Of a DNA stretch of 64,000 nucleotides, positions 17,592 to 26,528 are shown piece after piece. Within the stretch, counting starts at the first letter, position 1; every line of letters begins with the position of its first letter. The DNA is taken from positions 1-64,000 of IMG/VR virus record IMGVR_UViG_3300031825_000008; one strand, written 5' to 3'. Source of the DNA: a virus. A model generated the notes under the pieces. That model saw only the letters and a list, made by a program, of their open reading frames with translations. It did not search any database and had not been told where the DNA came from. The translations under genes and the position numbers were made by a program.

Positions 17592-18991
17592 CGCGTCCGT
17601 CGCAGGGCGCGGACGGCATCGACCACAGCGGTCGCTAAATCAGACTTCTTTTCCATAGCGTACAGTTGGGCACGGTCAATGGGAGACATAACCGGGGCAA
17701 AATACATGCACATTCGGTCTTGCTCACCGCGATGGATACGATCTTGGACCTGAAGCATGTCACGTTGGTTGAACGACAAATCATGGAAAAACATGCGATG
17801 GCACCTGTCCCGCCCCTCACCAGCAATCAACGTATGTCCCATTGCAGTCGCACCGATCTGACCGACTAAAATTCGACACGTAGGGTCGTTGTTAAATTTG
17901 TTTTTTTGTTCAGCCAACTCTTCTGGTTTCATCGACCCTTTGATATAAGCTGGATTTAGACCTTCTTTCTTATATAGGCTGAACAAAGCGTCCCCCATGG
18001 CCTTGTAAAAATAGACGGTTATCATCTTCCCGTCTCCTGACTCCATTAAATCAAGAGACGCTATAGCCTTAGGATTTTTCTCAATAGGTTCGATTAACGC
18101 CATCTTATCACCGTCTAACAACAGACCACTAGACACCTGCCTCAATTTGTCGCTTTGGACTAATACGAGGTCCGCTGTAAATTCGTGCTTGTCCAACAAC
18201 GTGTAAAAATCTTCCAGCATTTCTCGATAATGTTTTTCTTGCTTTGTTGTCATCTGTAATGGGAGATTAGGCCACACTTTCTCAGGGGCGTCTGCCCACC
18301 ATTCATCCTTTGTGGCGCGGATCGAACACCGCTCTTGGATAGCATGTAGCTCTTTTTCATTTTTTACACCGACAATCTGTTTACCCATATACCCGCCAAC
18401 CACTGCATAGCGGTTGCGGAACACGTATGGGTTAACCCCGTCCAACTCCCCGATTGCCTTCAACTGCGGGAATAAATCCATAACATTTTGAACCAAAGGT
18501 GTACCATTTAGTAAGCGAACGCCTGCTGCTCGTTTGCTCAAATCGAGAATCGATTTAGCTGTCTGGGACTTATAATTCTTAATGTAAGACGACTCATCGA
18601 CGACCAACAAACACGGTCTGGAGTCCAGTAGTGCCTGCACCCGCTCGCCCCCTGTACTGCGCACAGCTTCAAAATTTATAACATTTAAGCAGGGCTTGTC
18701 AGGTGTTCCATGTTTCAACGCGTCGCGTGGCCACATGGTCGTCTCGATTTGATCCAAACCCCACTCGTAGGGGGCCTCTATCCACGAACTTTTGAATGAA
18801 TTAGGGCAGACCACTACTACAGTGTTTACGTCTCCGAAATTCTCGATCCAGTCGTTCAGTGCCAGCGCGGTCTTCCCCAGTCCTTGGGACAACCACCATC
18901 CATATTTCTTCTTGCCATGACACCGTTTTAGTGCTTCGACCTGAACCGGGTATGGTTTACCTTTGAGGTGCCACGCTGGATTGTAGTTCAT
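17579..18991 (-). CDS. SNF2/RAD54-family helicase
   Basis: Motifs LSQGLGKT (I), LLVVDESS (II), LLNGTPLQN (III) and QVQDRIHR (VI). Confidence 0.85.
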   Translation of the reverse strand: MNYNPAWHLKGKPYPVQVEALKRCHGKKKYGWWLSQGLGKTALALNDWIENFGDVNTVVVVCPNSFKSSWIEAPYEWGLDQIETTMWPRDALKHGTPDKPCLNVINFEAVRSTGGERVQALLDSRPCLLVVDESSYIKNYKSQTAKSILDLSKRAAGVRLLNGTPLVQNVMDLFPQLKAIGELDGVNPYVFRNRYAVVGGYMGKQIVGVKNEKELHAIQERCSIRATKDEWWADAPEKVWPNLPLQMTTKQEKHYREMLEDFYTLLDKHEFTADLVLVQSDKLRQVSSGLLLDGDKMALIEPIEKNPKAIASLDLMESGDGKMITVYFYKAMGDALFSLYKKEGLNPAYIKGSMKPEELAEQKNKFNNDPTCRILVGQIGATAMGHTLIAGEGRDRCHRMFFHDLSFNQRDMLQVQDRIHRGEQDRMCMYFAPVMSPIDRAQLYAMEKKSDLATAVVDAVRALRRTRSNA

Positions 18992-19392
18992 CTAACGTGT
19001 TTCCAATCTTCTCTTTTCAATATTTTATAGATCGTAGTATGTGACACCTTGAACCTCCTAGACAAAGAAAGTCCACTGTCGGTACTAGATCGTATTTGTC
19101 TTATGTCTTCCTCTGTTAATTTGGAGTTCACGTCTTCTTCTCCTTTGGGAGACACTAATCTACCTTTGTCTCTCATATCTCTATTGTTGTCTGCTTGCGT
19201 ACCCAAGAACAGATGCTCAATGTTGTAGCAAGAGGGGTTGTCACATTTGTGCAACACTTTAAGTCCAGTAGGTATAGGCCCTCGGTGTTCATCCCACGTC
19301 GCTCTATGTTTGAGCCACACTTTCTTTTTATACCACACCATTCCGTAACCGTGGGCGTTACGTGCTTTATGCCACTCAACACAATCGGTCAC
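18988..19392 (-). CDS. HNH homing endonuclease
   Basis: CVEWHKARNAHGYG...HRATWDEHRGPIP...VLHKCDNPSCYNIEHLFLGTQADNNRD. AT-richer than its flanks. Probable GTG start in a GTGA overlap (ORF is open to 19428). Confidence 0.85.
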   Translation of the reverse strand: MTDCVEWHKARNAHGYGMVWYKKKVWLKHRATWDEHRGPIPTGLKVLHKCDNPSCYNIEHLFLGTQADNNRDMRDKGRLVSPKGEEDVNSKLTEEDIRQIRSSTDSGLSLSRRFKVSHTTIYKILKREDWKHVR

Positions 19393-19814
19393 TTGAATTC
19401 TTTCCACCAATACAGAGAGTATGGCCACGCCCAGCCGGGCTGCGGGTCGAACATCATGTAGCCTGATTTTATGAAGTTGTTTGCCGATTCGACACTAGAA
19501 GTCGTGTCGGAGATTATGCCGTTCCACCCGTGTCGCTTGGCCCGTCTCTCCATTACCCGCATCAGACGACGCTGGAGCCCGTGCCCCCGAAACACGGGCA
19601 GGACCCCTACGCGGATAAAGTAACCGTAATTATCATACCACGTGGAAGGGATCAGACCTATGAACGCGGCGGGGATACGGCCCTGATAAGCGATCCACCA
19701 ATCCCCCTCTGCGTAGTTAGGGTGAGCAGTACCTTCTTCAAAGGTAGCAATATGTAATTCTCTAAGCAGGTCTTTTTCTTCTTCACCATCAACCTCTTCT
19801 ATTTTAAATTCCAC
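19389..19814 (-). CDS. GNAT-family N-acetyltransferase
   Basis: Acetyl-CoA motif A: RVGVLPVFRGHGLQRRLMRVMERRAKRHGW. Confidence 0.8.
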   Translation of the reverse strand: MEFKIEEVDGEEEKDLLRELHIATFEEGTAHPNYAEGDWWIAYQGRIPAAFIGLIPSTWYDNYGYFIRVGVLPVFRGHGLQRRLMRVMERRAKRHGWNGIISDTTSSVESANNFIKSGYMMFDPQPGWAWPYSLYWWKEFK

Positions 19815-20391
19815 GGCCCCCCTCCGTATAATGGGCCTTGATCGACGGAAGGACGGTCGTCTGCCACAACATCGACAGCTTGCCTTCCTCGGCGGGGAGG
19901 TCGCGCCACGACCCCTCCAACGACGTCATTCCCTTCTCGATGCAATATTCCACGACCCGGTTGCCCATTCTATGTTGTCCGATAAGGAACAATATCGCGT
20001 CGAGTTTGTCGGCGCAATGGACAATACGAATGGCCTCGTCGTGTTGTGCGTCAGTAGCCTCCATACGCTCGGACAGATCGAGAATAGACGGCATCTTTTC
20101 TTCCATCTGCTCGTAGATGAAATTAGCGGCCTTCTCTTCGTCGATCACATGTTTCTTGGCAGGACCGATAACGTCTCCGGTGATAGTCTCGTCGGCGTCG
20201 TGGATCAGGGCTTGCCACATTAGGTAATCCATCGGCCCCTTCCACCCAATCACGTCCGCCATAATTCGTGAATATATGGTCACGTAGAACGAGTGCGCGG
20301 CGACGTTGTCCCTATTTCCAGCCATAAGAATGGCCCAGCGCGGGACGAACGCCATGGTGCGCAGTTCAGGGGAGAAGGGGTTTGTTTTCAT
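19804..20391 (-). CDS. datZ: HD-domain (YfbR-like) phosphohydrolase; DatZ-type dATPase candidate
   Basis: NVAAHSFYV (H) and LIHDADETITGD (HD..D). Lies next to the MazG and PurZ genes. Confidence 0.6.
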   Translation of the reverse strand: MKTNPFSPELRTMAFVPRWAILMAGNRDNVAAHSFYVTIYSRIMADVIGWKGPMDYLMWQALIHDADETITGDVIGPAKKHVIDEEKAANFIYEQMEEKMPSILDLSERMEATDAQHDEAIRIVHCADKLDAILFLIGQHRMGNRVVEYCIEKGMTSLEGSWRDLPAEEGKLSMLWQTTVLPSIKAHYTEGGRGI

Positions 20392-20454
20392 TTAGGACCC
20401 ATATTTATGATAGTTCCAATCATGAACAGCGCAGACCCGATTAGATAACACCAA

Positions 20455-20829
20455 TTAGCCATCTTTTCTACCGAACCTCTCGTCCAGCTTAACGATGTTG
20501 GCGTCCATAATCTCTTCCAGCGTGAAGCCAAACCGCTGCGCGATCCTCACGAAGTAGTGCAACTGATCGCCCAGTTCGAGCAGCAGATCGGCCTTAATGT
20601 CCCGACCGTCCCGGACGTGCTTTTTCAGGAGTTCGACTACCTCGCCGGTCTCGCCCGCGTAGCCGGTCGCCATGATAAACAAACTCTTGAGATCGTTCTC
20701 ATAGTGATCGTCCGTCCAGTTGTTTCGAACATACGCCTGAAACGACAAGCTGTCGGTCTTCATTTTCGGCAGTGCGCCGAAACCTTCCACGATTTCGTAG
20801 TCCAAGTCCGGATTGAAAGGTCCACCCAT
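20455..20829 (-). CDS. mazZ: MazG-like all-alpha NTP pyrophosphohydrolase; MazZ candidate
   Basis: Motifs ETGEVVELLKKH and ELGDQLHY. 124 aa. Confidence 0.65.
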   Translation of the reverse strand: MGGPFNPDLDYEIVEGFGALPKMKTDSLSFQAYVRNNWTDDHYENDLKSLFIMATGYAGETGEVVELLKKHVRDGRDIKADLLLELGDQLHYFVRIAQRFGFTLEEIMDANIVKLDERFGRKDG

Positions 20830-21098
20830 TAATTCCTCCTATACTTCCAATAAAGCGCGAGCCATACGAGGTTCGGGAGTAGCGCTACAATCGTCCCGCC
20901 AAGTGACCACCACTGGTTGAGGTGGGGGAAGTAGTAAAGGTCCCACACGCCCCAAGCTGAGAACGCGGCGCATGGCCAGTAACTCACTCCGCGTACCGAT
21001 TTGTCCTTCCACGCCCGTCGCACGTTCAGCCAATTGAGCAGACCGGCGACGAGCAGAAAGCACGAGTTTATTAAGTCAGGTGACCACGTAATGCTCAC
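20829..21098 (-). CDS. Small 3-TM membrane protein (SemiSWEET/PQ-loop-like by eye)
   Basis: 89 aa with three hydrophobic helices; segment AWKDKSVRGVSYW lies between TM1 and TM2. Coupled at both ends (overlaps purZ by 23 nt; TAATG with mazZ). Confidence 0.4.
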   Translation of the reverse strand: MSITWSPDLINSCFLLVAGLLNWLNVRRAWKDKSVRGVSYWPCAAFSAWGVWDLYYFPHLNQWWSLGGTIVALLPNLVWLALYWKYRRN

Positions 21099-22170
21099 CC
21101 GCGTCCTCCGTGGTCGGCCCCCACTGGTAGATTACCTTGGGCGGCGGTTGCATCAACACTTTGCTGGCCGATTGGATTGAAGCGACGATCTGGTCGAACA
21201 TCGGCTTTTCCTTCACGTAGTTGCAGAAGGTCAGAAATACGTAATCTGGGTCGCAGATATTGAACGTCTCAACGAGTTGCTGCATAGAGAAGGTGAAAAC
21301 TCGACGCACCCGTTTGGTAACGGTCGTAATTTCAGCTTCAACTCCGAGTTCTTCCCATGAGGTTTCACGCTGGTCGTAAAAGTGAGGACCAGATGTTCCG
21401 AGTGTAGCTCCATCTTCCACGATGTTTCCAACTCGGATAGGGAACGTTCGTAGCGTGACCATCGTCCCGTTGTAAAACTGGGGATGGATGTTAGCATCTG
21501 AGAGTCCCTGATTAGGCGTACAGTCTCTAGAAGTTGTGTAAGGGTAAAAACCCGAGTGGTTGAGGCTGAGGGACACACCTTGCGGGACCTCCACGAGTAC
21601 CGAATTGCCAACGCGTAGCTGGCGGTTCAAATCCACCACACCTTTGGTGAACTTCGCGAGGAATGGGTGGTCCTTTGCCACCATACCGGTTCGCAGGACC
21701 TTGCGAGAGAGCGCTTCGCCGACCCCCTTGCGAGTGGACGCAATTTTTGTCTGCCCGCTGTCTGCTCTTCCCTCCGCCTCTTTACACTCGTCAGTGATAA
21801 CTGCGGCGTAGGGATGGATAAAAAGAGGTCCGTTGAACGGGTTGTCATTCAGTTCTTTCTCGAACCCCACCGGATCAATGATCGCACCAGCATTCAGATA
21901 CACGGTGCCCGCTTTGCCTGATCCGAGTTCGTCCTGCGCGATAAGCGACGCAGTAGGCAAATGAAACACAACCCTTCGACGGCCTTTGTGTATGGAAGTG
22001 TGGCCAGCCTGAGCAGCCGCATTAGTAGTGACAATGTCGAACGCGCGACCTTCTTTAGCGAGTTCATACGCGGCCCACGCAGCGGCGCATCCTTTTCCTT
22101 CACTTCCCCACTGACCCCCGATCAGTACGCTCGCGAACCCCTTTACTTCGAACCCCGTCAGTGGACGCAT
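21076..22170 (-). CDS. purZ: PurZ (PurA-family N6-succino-2-amino-2'-deoxyadenylate synthase)
   Basis: GGQWGSEGKG (PurA has GxQWGDEGKGK, so Asp is Ser here), AGHTS, ASTRKGVG, PQGVSLSLNHSGFYPYTTSR, IRVG and TKRVRR. Short form of 364 aa from ATG 22170, which has a GGAGAAG RBS. Confidence 0.78.
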   Translation of the reverse strand: MRPLTGFEVKGFASVLIGGQWGSEGKGCAAAWAAYELAKEGRAFDIVTTNAAAQAGHTSIHKGRRRVVFHLPTASLIAQDELGSGKAGTVYLNAGAIIDPVGFEKELNDNPFNGPLFIHPYAAVITDECKEAEGRADSGQTKIASTRKGVGEALSRKVLRTGMVAKDHPFLAKFTKGVVDLNRQLRVGNSVLVEVPQGVSLSLNHSGFYPYTTSRDCTPNQGLSDANIHPQFYNGTMVTLRTFPIRVGNIVEDGATLGTSGPHFYDQRETSWEELGVEAEITTVTKRVRRVFTFSMQQLVETFNICDPDYVFLTFCNYVKEKPMFDQIVASIQSASKVLMQPPPKVIYQWGPTTEDAGEHYVVT

Positions 22171-22567
22171 TAGACTTCTCCAATCTTTCTCTGATTTTAG
22201 CCAAGATTTGATCGATGGTGGACCCCAATACGCCGGTCTTGGCCCGGTCATCGATTAGGTTCCCGTAGGCTTGGGCGTCGAGTAGGATGGCGCAACAGGC
22301 CATGACGTGGCCGAGGTGATGGGCAAGGCTGTCAGGAGCGTCCTCTTCTCCGTCTGCCCAAAGTTGAAGGTGACGCGCCGCCGCTGCGATATAGACGCTA
22401 GCTTCGACCTTAGTCTCGCGGAATTTGTACGGACCATATTTGATTTCACCATCAAACATTGCGTGCGCCATGTGGGCCATTGCTACCGGGGGCAGTAGGA
22501 AGAGATTTAGCTTCTTCGCCCCCGCTGTGGCCTTAGGATTGGTTGGGAGTGTATTTGCAGATTTCAC
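22100..22567 (-). CDS. dATP/dGTP diphosphohydrolase-like protein (DUF5664-type N-terminal domain)
   Basis: NPKATAGAKKLNLFLLPPVAMAHMAHAMFDGEIKYGPYKFRE...AAARHLQLWADGEEDAPDSLAHHLGHVMACCAILLD matches the recalled family consensus. Confidence 0.55.
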   Translation of the reverse strand: MKSANTLPTNPKATAGAKKLNLFLLPPVAMAHMAHAMFDGEIKYGPYKFRETKVEASVYIAAAARHLQLWADGEEDAPDSLAHHLGHVMACCAILLDAQAYGNLIDDRAKTGVLGSTIDQILAKIRERLEKSNASTDGVRSKGVRERTDRGSVGK

Positions 22568-22958
22568 TGACTATGACCTCTTCTCGTCTTCCACGCGGTA
22601 GTAGTACGTAATCGTCGACAGCAAGCGGGGGCATTGTTTCCTCGTCCCCGACCATGCGGTAAACCTTAATATACAGCCCCTTGTCGCTCCTTACCCCTGA
22701 AATTACACCACCCACCCCATCAGAATTTATGTATTCTCGTAGCCATTTAAGCTGCAGCGGAGTGACGGCTGGCGTGATTTCGGATTTCATCTTCGGCATG
22801 TCGTCAATCTTCACTTCCCACATGCCCGTGTATTTACTGGGCAGCTGTAGTAACAGATCAGGAACCCCCACCAGAAACCGGCTCGACATTTTGTGGGCGA
22901 AACCCCCCACCTCCCGCGCCGCTTTCGCTATCAGACTTTGAAATGCCAGTTCCTTCAT
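22533..22958 (-). CDS. PD-(D/E)xK nuclease (VRR-NUC / resolvase-like)
   Basis: GVPDLLLQLP...GMWEVK core motif. Confidence 0.6.
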   Translation of the reverse strand: MKELAFQSLIAKAAREVGGFAHKMSSRFLVGVPDLLLQLPSKYTGMWEVKIDDMPKMKSEITPAVTPLQLKWLREYINSDGVGGVISGVRSDKGLYIKVYRMVGDEETMPPLAVDDYVLLPRGRREEVIVSEICKYTPNQS

Positions 22959-23124
22959 GTTCCTTGATCCTTACGATCTTAGCGGTCGGCTCCAGCACGT
23001 GCTCCGCAGCGTCCAGTTGTTTGCCCATCCCCGCGTCCACCGCGTCCTGAAAGGCGTCTTCCCAGTTGTCGCGGATCGGGGCGATAGCCACTCCGTTCAC
23101 TCTGAACTGATACATGTAACTCAT
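22858..23124 (-). CDS. Hypothetical protein
   Basis: 88-aa ORF. The first ~55 aa look coding; the tail runs 100 nt into the nuclease gene in another frame. Confidence 0.35.
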   Translation of the reverse strand: MSYMYQFRVNGVAIAPIRDNWEDAFQDAVDAGMGKQLDAAEHVLEPTAKIVRIKEHEGTGISKSDSESGAGGGGFRPQNVEPVSGGGS

Positions 23125-24974
23125 TCTTCAACTCCAAAAGTGGCCTCTGCCCAGTTGCGACCTTCGCCTGCATCGACCGCCATCGGGACGTCCAACTTTA
23201 TCAGGCAGTTGGGTCCAAAGTCAGTCATAATTTGAAGGCAACGGTCGTAATGCTTGCGGTTGTCTTCCGAGAACGAATAGTCGATAGCATCGTGAACGTT
23301 GTTGAGCAGGCTGATCGGTCGCCCCTCTGACGCCAGATAGTCGTCGATTTCGACCATCTTCAACTTGAGCACGTCCGCGTTGCCGCACTGTAGCAGGCGG
23401 TTCACCGCCGTGTAGGCTTTGTTCGGGTCATTAAGTCGTGCACGGCGACCCAATAGGGATAGCACATAACCTCGGGCGCGCATCGTCTGCTCGGCGCGCT
23501 TCTGGAGCGGCTTAATCTCAGGGAGACGTTTGAAATACTCCCTAAGCTGACCATCCACCTTCTCAGGGTCCGCACCGTATTTCTCAACGATCACCTTCTT
23601 CCCGCCGCCCGTAATGAGGGTCTGGTTGATGCGCTTACCGACCTCACGGGCGTCCTTCTGTGCCGCCTTGTCCATCAACTCCCATTCAGGGTTCATGGCC
23701 TTGGCAACCGCCGTGTGGGCGTCTTCGAACGGTTGCTTACGATATCCGTTGAGAAGAACTTCACTGCGGCTGTAATAGGCGAGCAGACGTGGTTCGCACT
23801 GGCTGTAGTCGACCGAACCCCAAATTTCGCCGTCGTCAGGGACGAAAATCGAACGATGGATGCGGCCAATTTCGGCGTTACGCTTGTTGGCCTGCTGCAT
23901 GTTGGGGTTGCTGGACGACAGCCGTCCGGTCACCGTCCCGTATTCGTCTCCCCGCAGCTGGTTGAATTCGGGGTGGACGCGCCCTTTCCACAGATGGGTG
24001 TCGATCATCGGCTCAATGAACGAATTGAGAAGGTTCGACCACTTGCGAACGGCCACTATGTTCTGGCCCGCCGGGTACTTTATAAGCCACGCTTCCGGAA
24101 ACGACGGTGAGCCCTTAGGCGTCGTCGGCCAGTCCGTGTGCCCAGCCTCTTCCATGATCTTACGCACCTGAGAGGGGGCGCGCGAGTTGAAATCATCAGG
24201 CAGCTTGCGAAGGGCGTCCTCGCGTTTGCTCTCGGCCAGCGCCTTGATATTCATTAGGCGCTCTTCGTCGATCTTGATACCGTGCAACATCATTCGTGCC
24301 AGCACCGGGATCATTCGACATTCAATGTCGTGCACCTTGGCCAGTTCTTGGTCCATGATGCTTGTCACTTGTTTGTAGCGCAGCTGCCACGTCGACGTGC
24401 CGTCCGTCTCCGCGTAGTCGACGGCGATAGGGTCATCACCCGCTAGGCACCAATAGTAGCCCATCGCGCCCTTGCCTTTGCCTGCGGCCTCGGGCACGTT
24501 AGCCATAATATGGTCGTAAATGGCGATCTTTTTAGGCTGCACCCCCGCTAGTTGAGAGCAAACGTCCAGACTGAACCCCGACTGCCATTCGTTCAGGAGT
24601 GGAGCGTTAATCGCGGTGTCTTCGAACCGGCCCTCGATCTTGAGACCCTGCCGGTACATGAATTTGATATCGAAGTTGAAGTTGTGGCCGAACTTGAACA
24701 CGTCCTGACGGGACAGGCGCTTGATGATCGCTTGCTCCATCGGGTGGATAGAACCATCCCACCCATCGTTGGTCTGCGGGACGGTCACACCTTCGATGTT
24801 ACCTCCGGGCCTGTGCCGGAACGGCAGGTAATACGAGTCGTCCGGACGCTCGCCAAACGTGAGCACGTACCCGATAATGTGGTTCTTGCGCCAGTCGAGG
24901 CCAGTAGTTTCGACGTCGACACAGACTTCATTAGAGACTTCGAGACGCTTGAGGGCTTCTTCAACTCTGCTCAC
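23121..24974 (-). CDS. dpoZ: Family-A DNA polymerase with 3'-5' exonuclease; DpoZ candidate
   Basis: Exo motifs VDVETTG, HNFNFD and YAETD. Pol motifs VDYSQCEPRLLAY (A), KRINQTLITGGG (B) and NVHDAI (C). GTG start in a GTGA overlap (ORF is open to 25094). Confidence 0.8.
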   Translation of the reverse strand: MSRVEEALKRLEVSNEVCVDVETTGLDWRKNHIIGYVLTFGERPDDSYYLPFRHRPGGNIEGVTVPQTNDGWDGSIHPMEQAIIKRLSRQDVFKFGHNFNFDIKFMYRQGLKIEGRFEDTAINAPLLNEWQSGFSLDVCSQLAGVQPKKIAIYDHIMANVPEAAGKGKGAMGYYWCLAGDDPIAVDYAETDGTSTWQLRYKQVTSIMDQELAKVHDIECRMIPVLARMMLHGIKIDEERLMNIKALAESKREDALRKLPDDFNSRAPSQVRKIMEEAGHTDWPTTPKGSPSFPEAWLIKYPAGQNIVAVRKWSNLLNSFIEPMIDTHLWKGRVHPEFNQLRGDEYGTVTGRLSSSNPNMQQANKRNAEIGRIHRSIFVPDDGEIWGSVDYSQCEPRLLAYYSRSEVLLNGYRKQPFEDAHTAVAKAMNPEWELMDKAAQKDAREVGKRINQTLITGGGKKVIVEKYGADPEKVDGQLREYFKRLPEIKPLQKRAEQTMRARGYVLSLLGRRARLNDPNKAYTAVNRLLQCGNADVLKLKMVEIDDYLASEGRPISLLNNVHDAIDYSFSEDNRKHYDRCLQIMTDFGPNCLIKLDVPMAVDAGEGRNWAEATFGVEE

Positions 24975-25174
24975 GCTTCCGTCACTTTCTCGTACATTCG
25001 GTTCAGAACGGCCCATTGCTTGGGACTGAGGTACATTCGCGCTCCGTATTCCTTGTAGCGCTTCTCTTGGTCCGCGAAGAATCCCGCCTCCCACTCGCTC
25101 AGCTTGGTGCGACGGTCGGCGAGGGTGATCATGTATTCCCGTAGCTTCTGCTCTTCTTCGTCAGTCAACGGCAT
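24971..25174 (-). CDS. Hypothetical protein
   Basis: GAGGAAG RBS; 67 aa. Confidence 0.5.
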   Translation of the reverse strand: MPLTDEEEQKLREYMITLADRRTKLSEWEAGFFADQEKRYKEYGARMYLSPKQWAVLNRMYEKVTEA

Positions 25175-25382
25175 CGAACTTCCTCGAACGGTTAGGGCGC
25201 ACTGGCGGGTGAGACACAACATGAGTGGGGCGAGCACCGGGCCACCACTCAGACCATTTGCCGCGCTCGTCGCGTTTATCTTCCGGTAGTGCCATTCTCT
25301 GGACGCGATAATCATGCAACGCGTCTCTCACGGCATTGCGTCTCGCGCCCCGATAGTCCGAAGACTTGCGTGGTTGCTTCAT
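25161..25382 (-). CDS. Hypothetical basic protein
   Basis: 73-aa ORF. Confidence 0.4.
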   Translation of the reverse strand: MKQPRKSSDYRGARRNAVRDALHDYRVQRMALPEDKRDERGKWSEWWPGARPTHVVSHPPVRPNRSRKFDAVD

Positions 25383-25442
25383 GCTGAATTCCTGAAATGG
25401 TGCGCCCGGCCATTCGCGACCGGGCGCTCTCTCGGGGGATTG

Positions 25443-25664
25443 TTAGGCGATCACCTTACCAACCCAACGGATTGCTCGCCAGTCCGCCGGAATGTAGTGG
25501 GTAACACCTTCAGTATCCACCACTCGGTGGCTCTGCTGCTTAGGCCCGGAGGTAGGGAGAAAGACCGTGACCGGGGAGGTCACTCGGTAGGAGTAACCAT
25601 CCGTGTACACGTACTCTCGGTACTTCTCAACACCTTTAACCTGAAGCTTTTGAAAGTTTTTCAT
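25443..25664 (-). CDS. Hypothetical protein
   Basis: GAGGAAAAC RBS; 73 aa from the internal ATG. Confidence 0.5.
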   Translation of the reverse strand: MKNFQKLQVKGVEKYREYVYTDGYSYRVTSPVTVFLPTSGPKQQSHRVVDTEGVTHYIPADWRAIRWVGKVIA

Positions 25665-25674
25665 GTTTTCCTCG

Positions 25675-26517
25675 TTAAAACGCTGGCTTGTCCTTGGCCT
25701 CGCCAACCGGGGCGGCGTCATCACCAATGCCGTCGTCCTGCGCACTCTCAAGGTCCTTCACCGACACGCCTTGCTTCTCGAAGAACTGGTACATTTCGTA
25801 GTTGCGGTCGTAGATGGCCTTGTCCTCAACCATGCCGTCCGATGCGAAGGCAAAGTTGTAGAACTTACCCGACGGAGACGAGTCCTCCACCGACTTCATG
25901 TTGAAGATCAGACCGAACGACGGGGCGCGAGTGATCTTCAGTTTGCCGATGAACTTGCGAGCGACCTTGATGGCCGCGCGCTGTAGCGTAACCACGGCGG
26001 GCGGCATGTCCGGGTCGTCCGGGAACGCCACCACGATGTTGTACATACGGGTTGCCGCAGGTGGGGAGTTGGGGTCCGCCGGGTTGCTGGAGCCCCACTT
26101 GTCGAGGCCGGACTGCGCAACGGTCGGGGCGGTGCGCCACGTGACGTCTTGACCTGACTTCAGCTTCACGGCAAACTCGCCGCTCGGCGGGTTCCAGTGA
26201 ATGCCGTCTTCCGCACGGGCCAAAATCCCGCCTCCGGTCTCGCGCGGACGCCACAGAATGAACTGCTGGCTCACGAAGATCGGGGTGATGCGAATGCTGT
26301 TACCCATCGGCATTTCGGCGATGCTATGGAAGAAATCACCAGCCTTGACGTCGTTATGGGTCTCCAATTCCGGCGACAGCTTTTGGATCAGCTTCAGGCG
26401 AGGTACTTCAACGTCGGAGCCCGACAGGCGCTCGGTGCCGAGGCCAACGTGCTCCTTCATGAACTCCGGCATCGCGACGGCGTTCTCTTCCTTCTTAGCT
26501 ACTGCGTTCTTAGCCAT
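25675..26517 (-). CDS. Candidate ssDNA-binding / recombination protein
   Basis: 280 aa. Acidic C-terminal tail ending DDGIGDDAAPVGEAKDKPAF, like SSB and T7 gp2.5 tails. Lies in the replication module. The call is weak. Confidence 0.35.
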   Translation of the reverse strand: MAKNAVAKKEENAVAMPEFMKEHVGLGTERLSGSDVEVPRLKLIQKLSPELETHNDVKAGDFFHSIAEMPMGNSIRITPIFVSQQFILWRPRETGGGILARAEDGIHWNPPSGEFAVKLKSGQDVTWRTAPTVAQSGLDKWGSSNPADPNSPPAATRMYNIVVAFPDDPDMPPAVVTLQRAAIKVARKFIGKLKITRAPSFGLIFNMKSVEDSSPSGKFYNFAFASDGMVEDKAIYDRNYEMYQFFEKQGVSVKDLESAQDDGIGDDAAPVGEAKDKPAF

Positions 26518-26528
26518 TTGTGCTCCTA

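Noticed and set aside
17529-17753. Shared peptide AIPIADQAFE in ORFs 17529-17753 (+) and 58567-58920 (-) as evidence of paralogous proteins
   Set aside because: The shared peptide is simply the translation of the 27-bp DNA repeat. Both ORFs are otherwise non-coding-like and overlap real genes.
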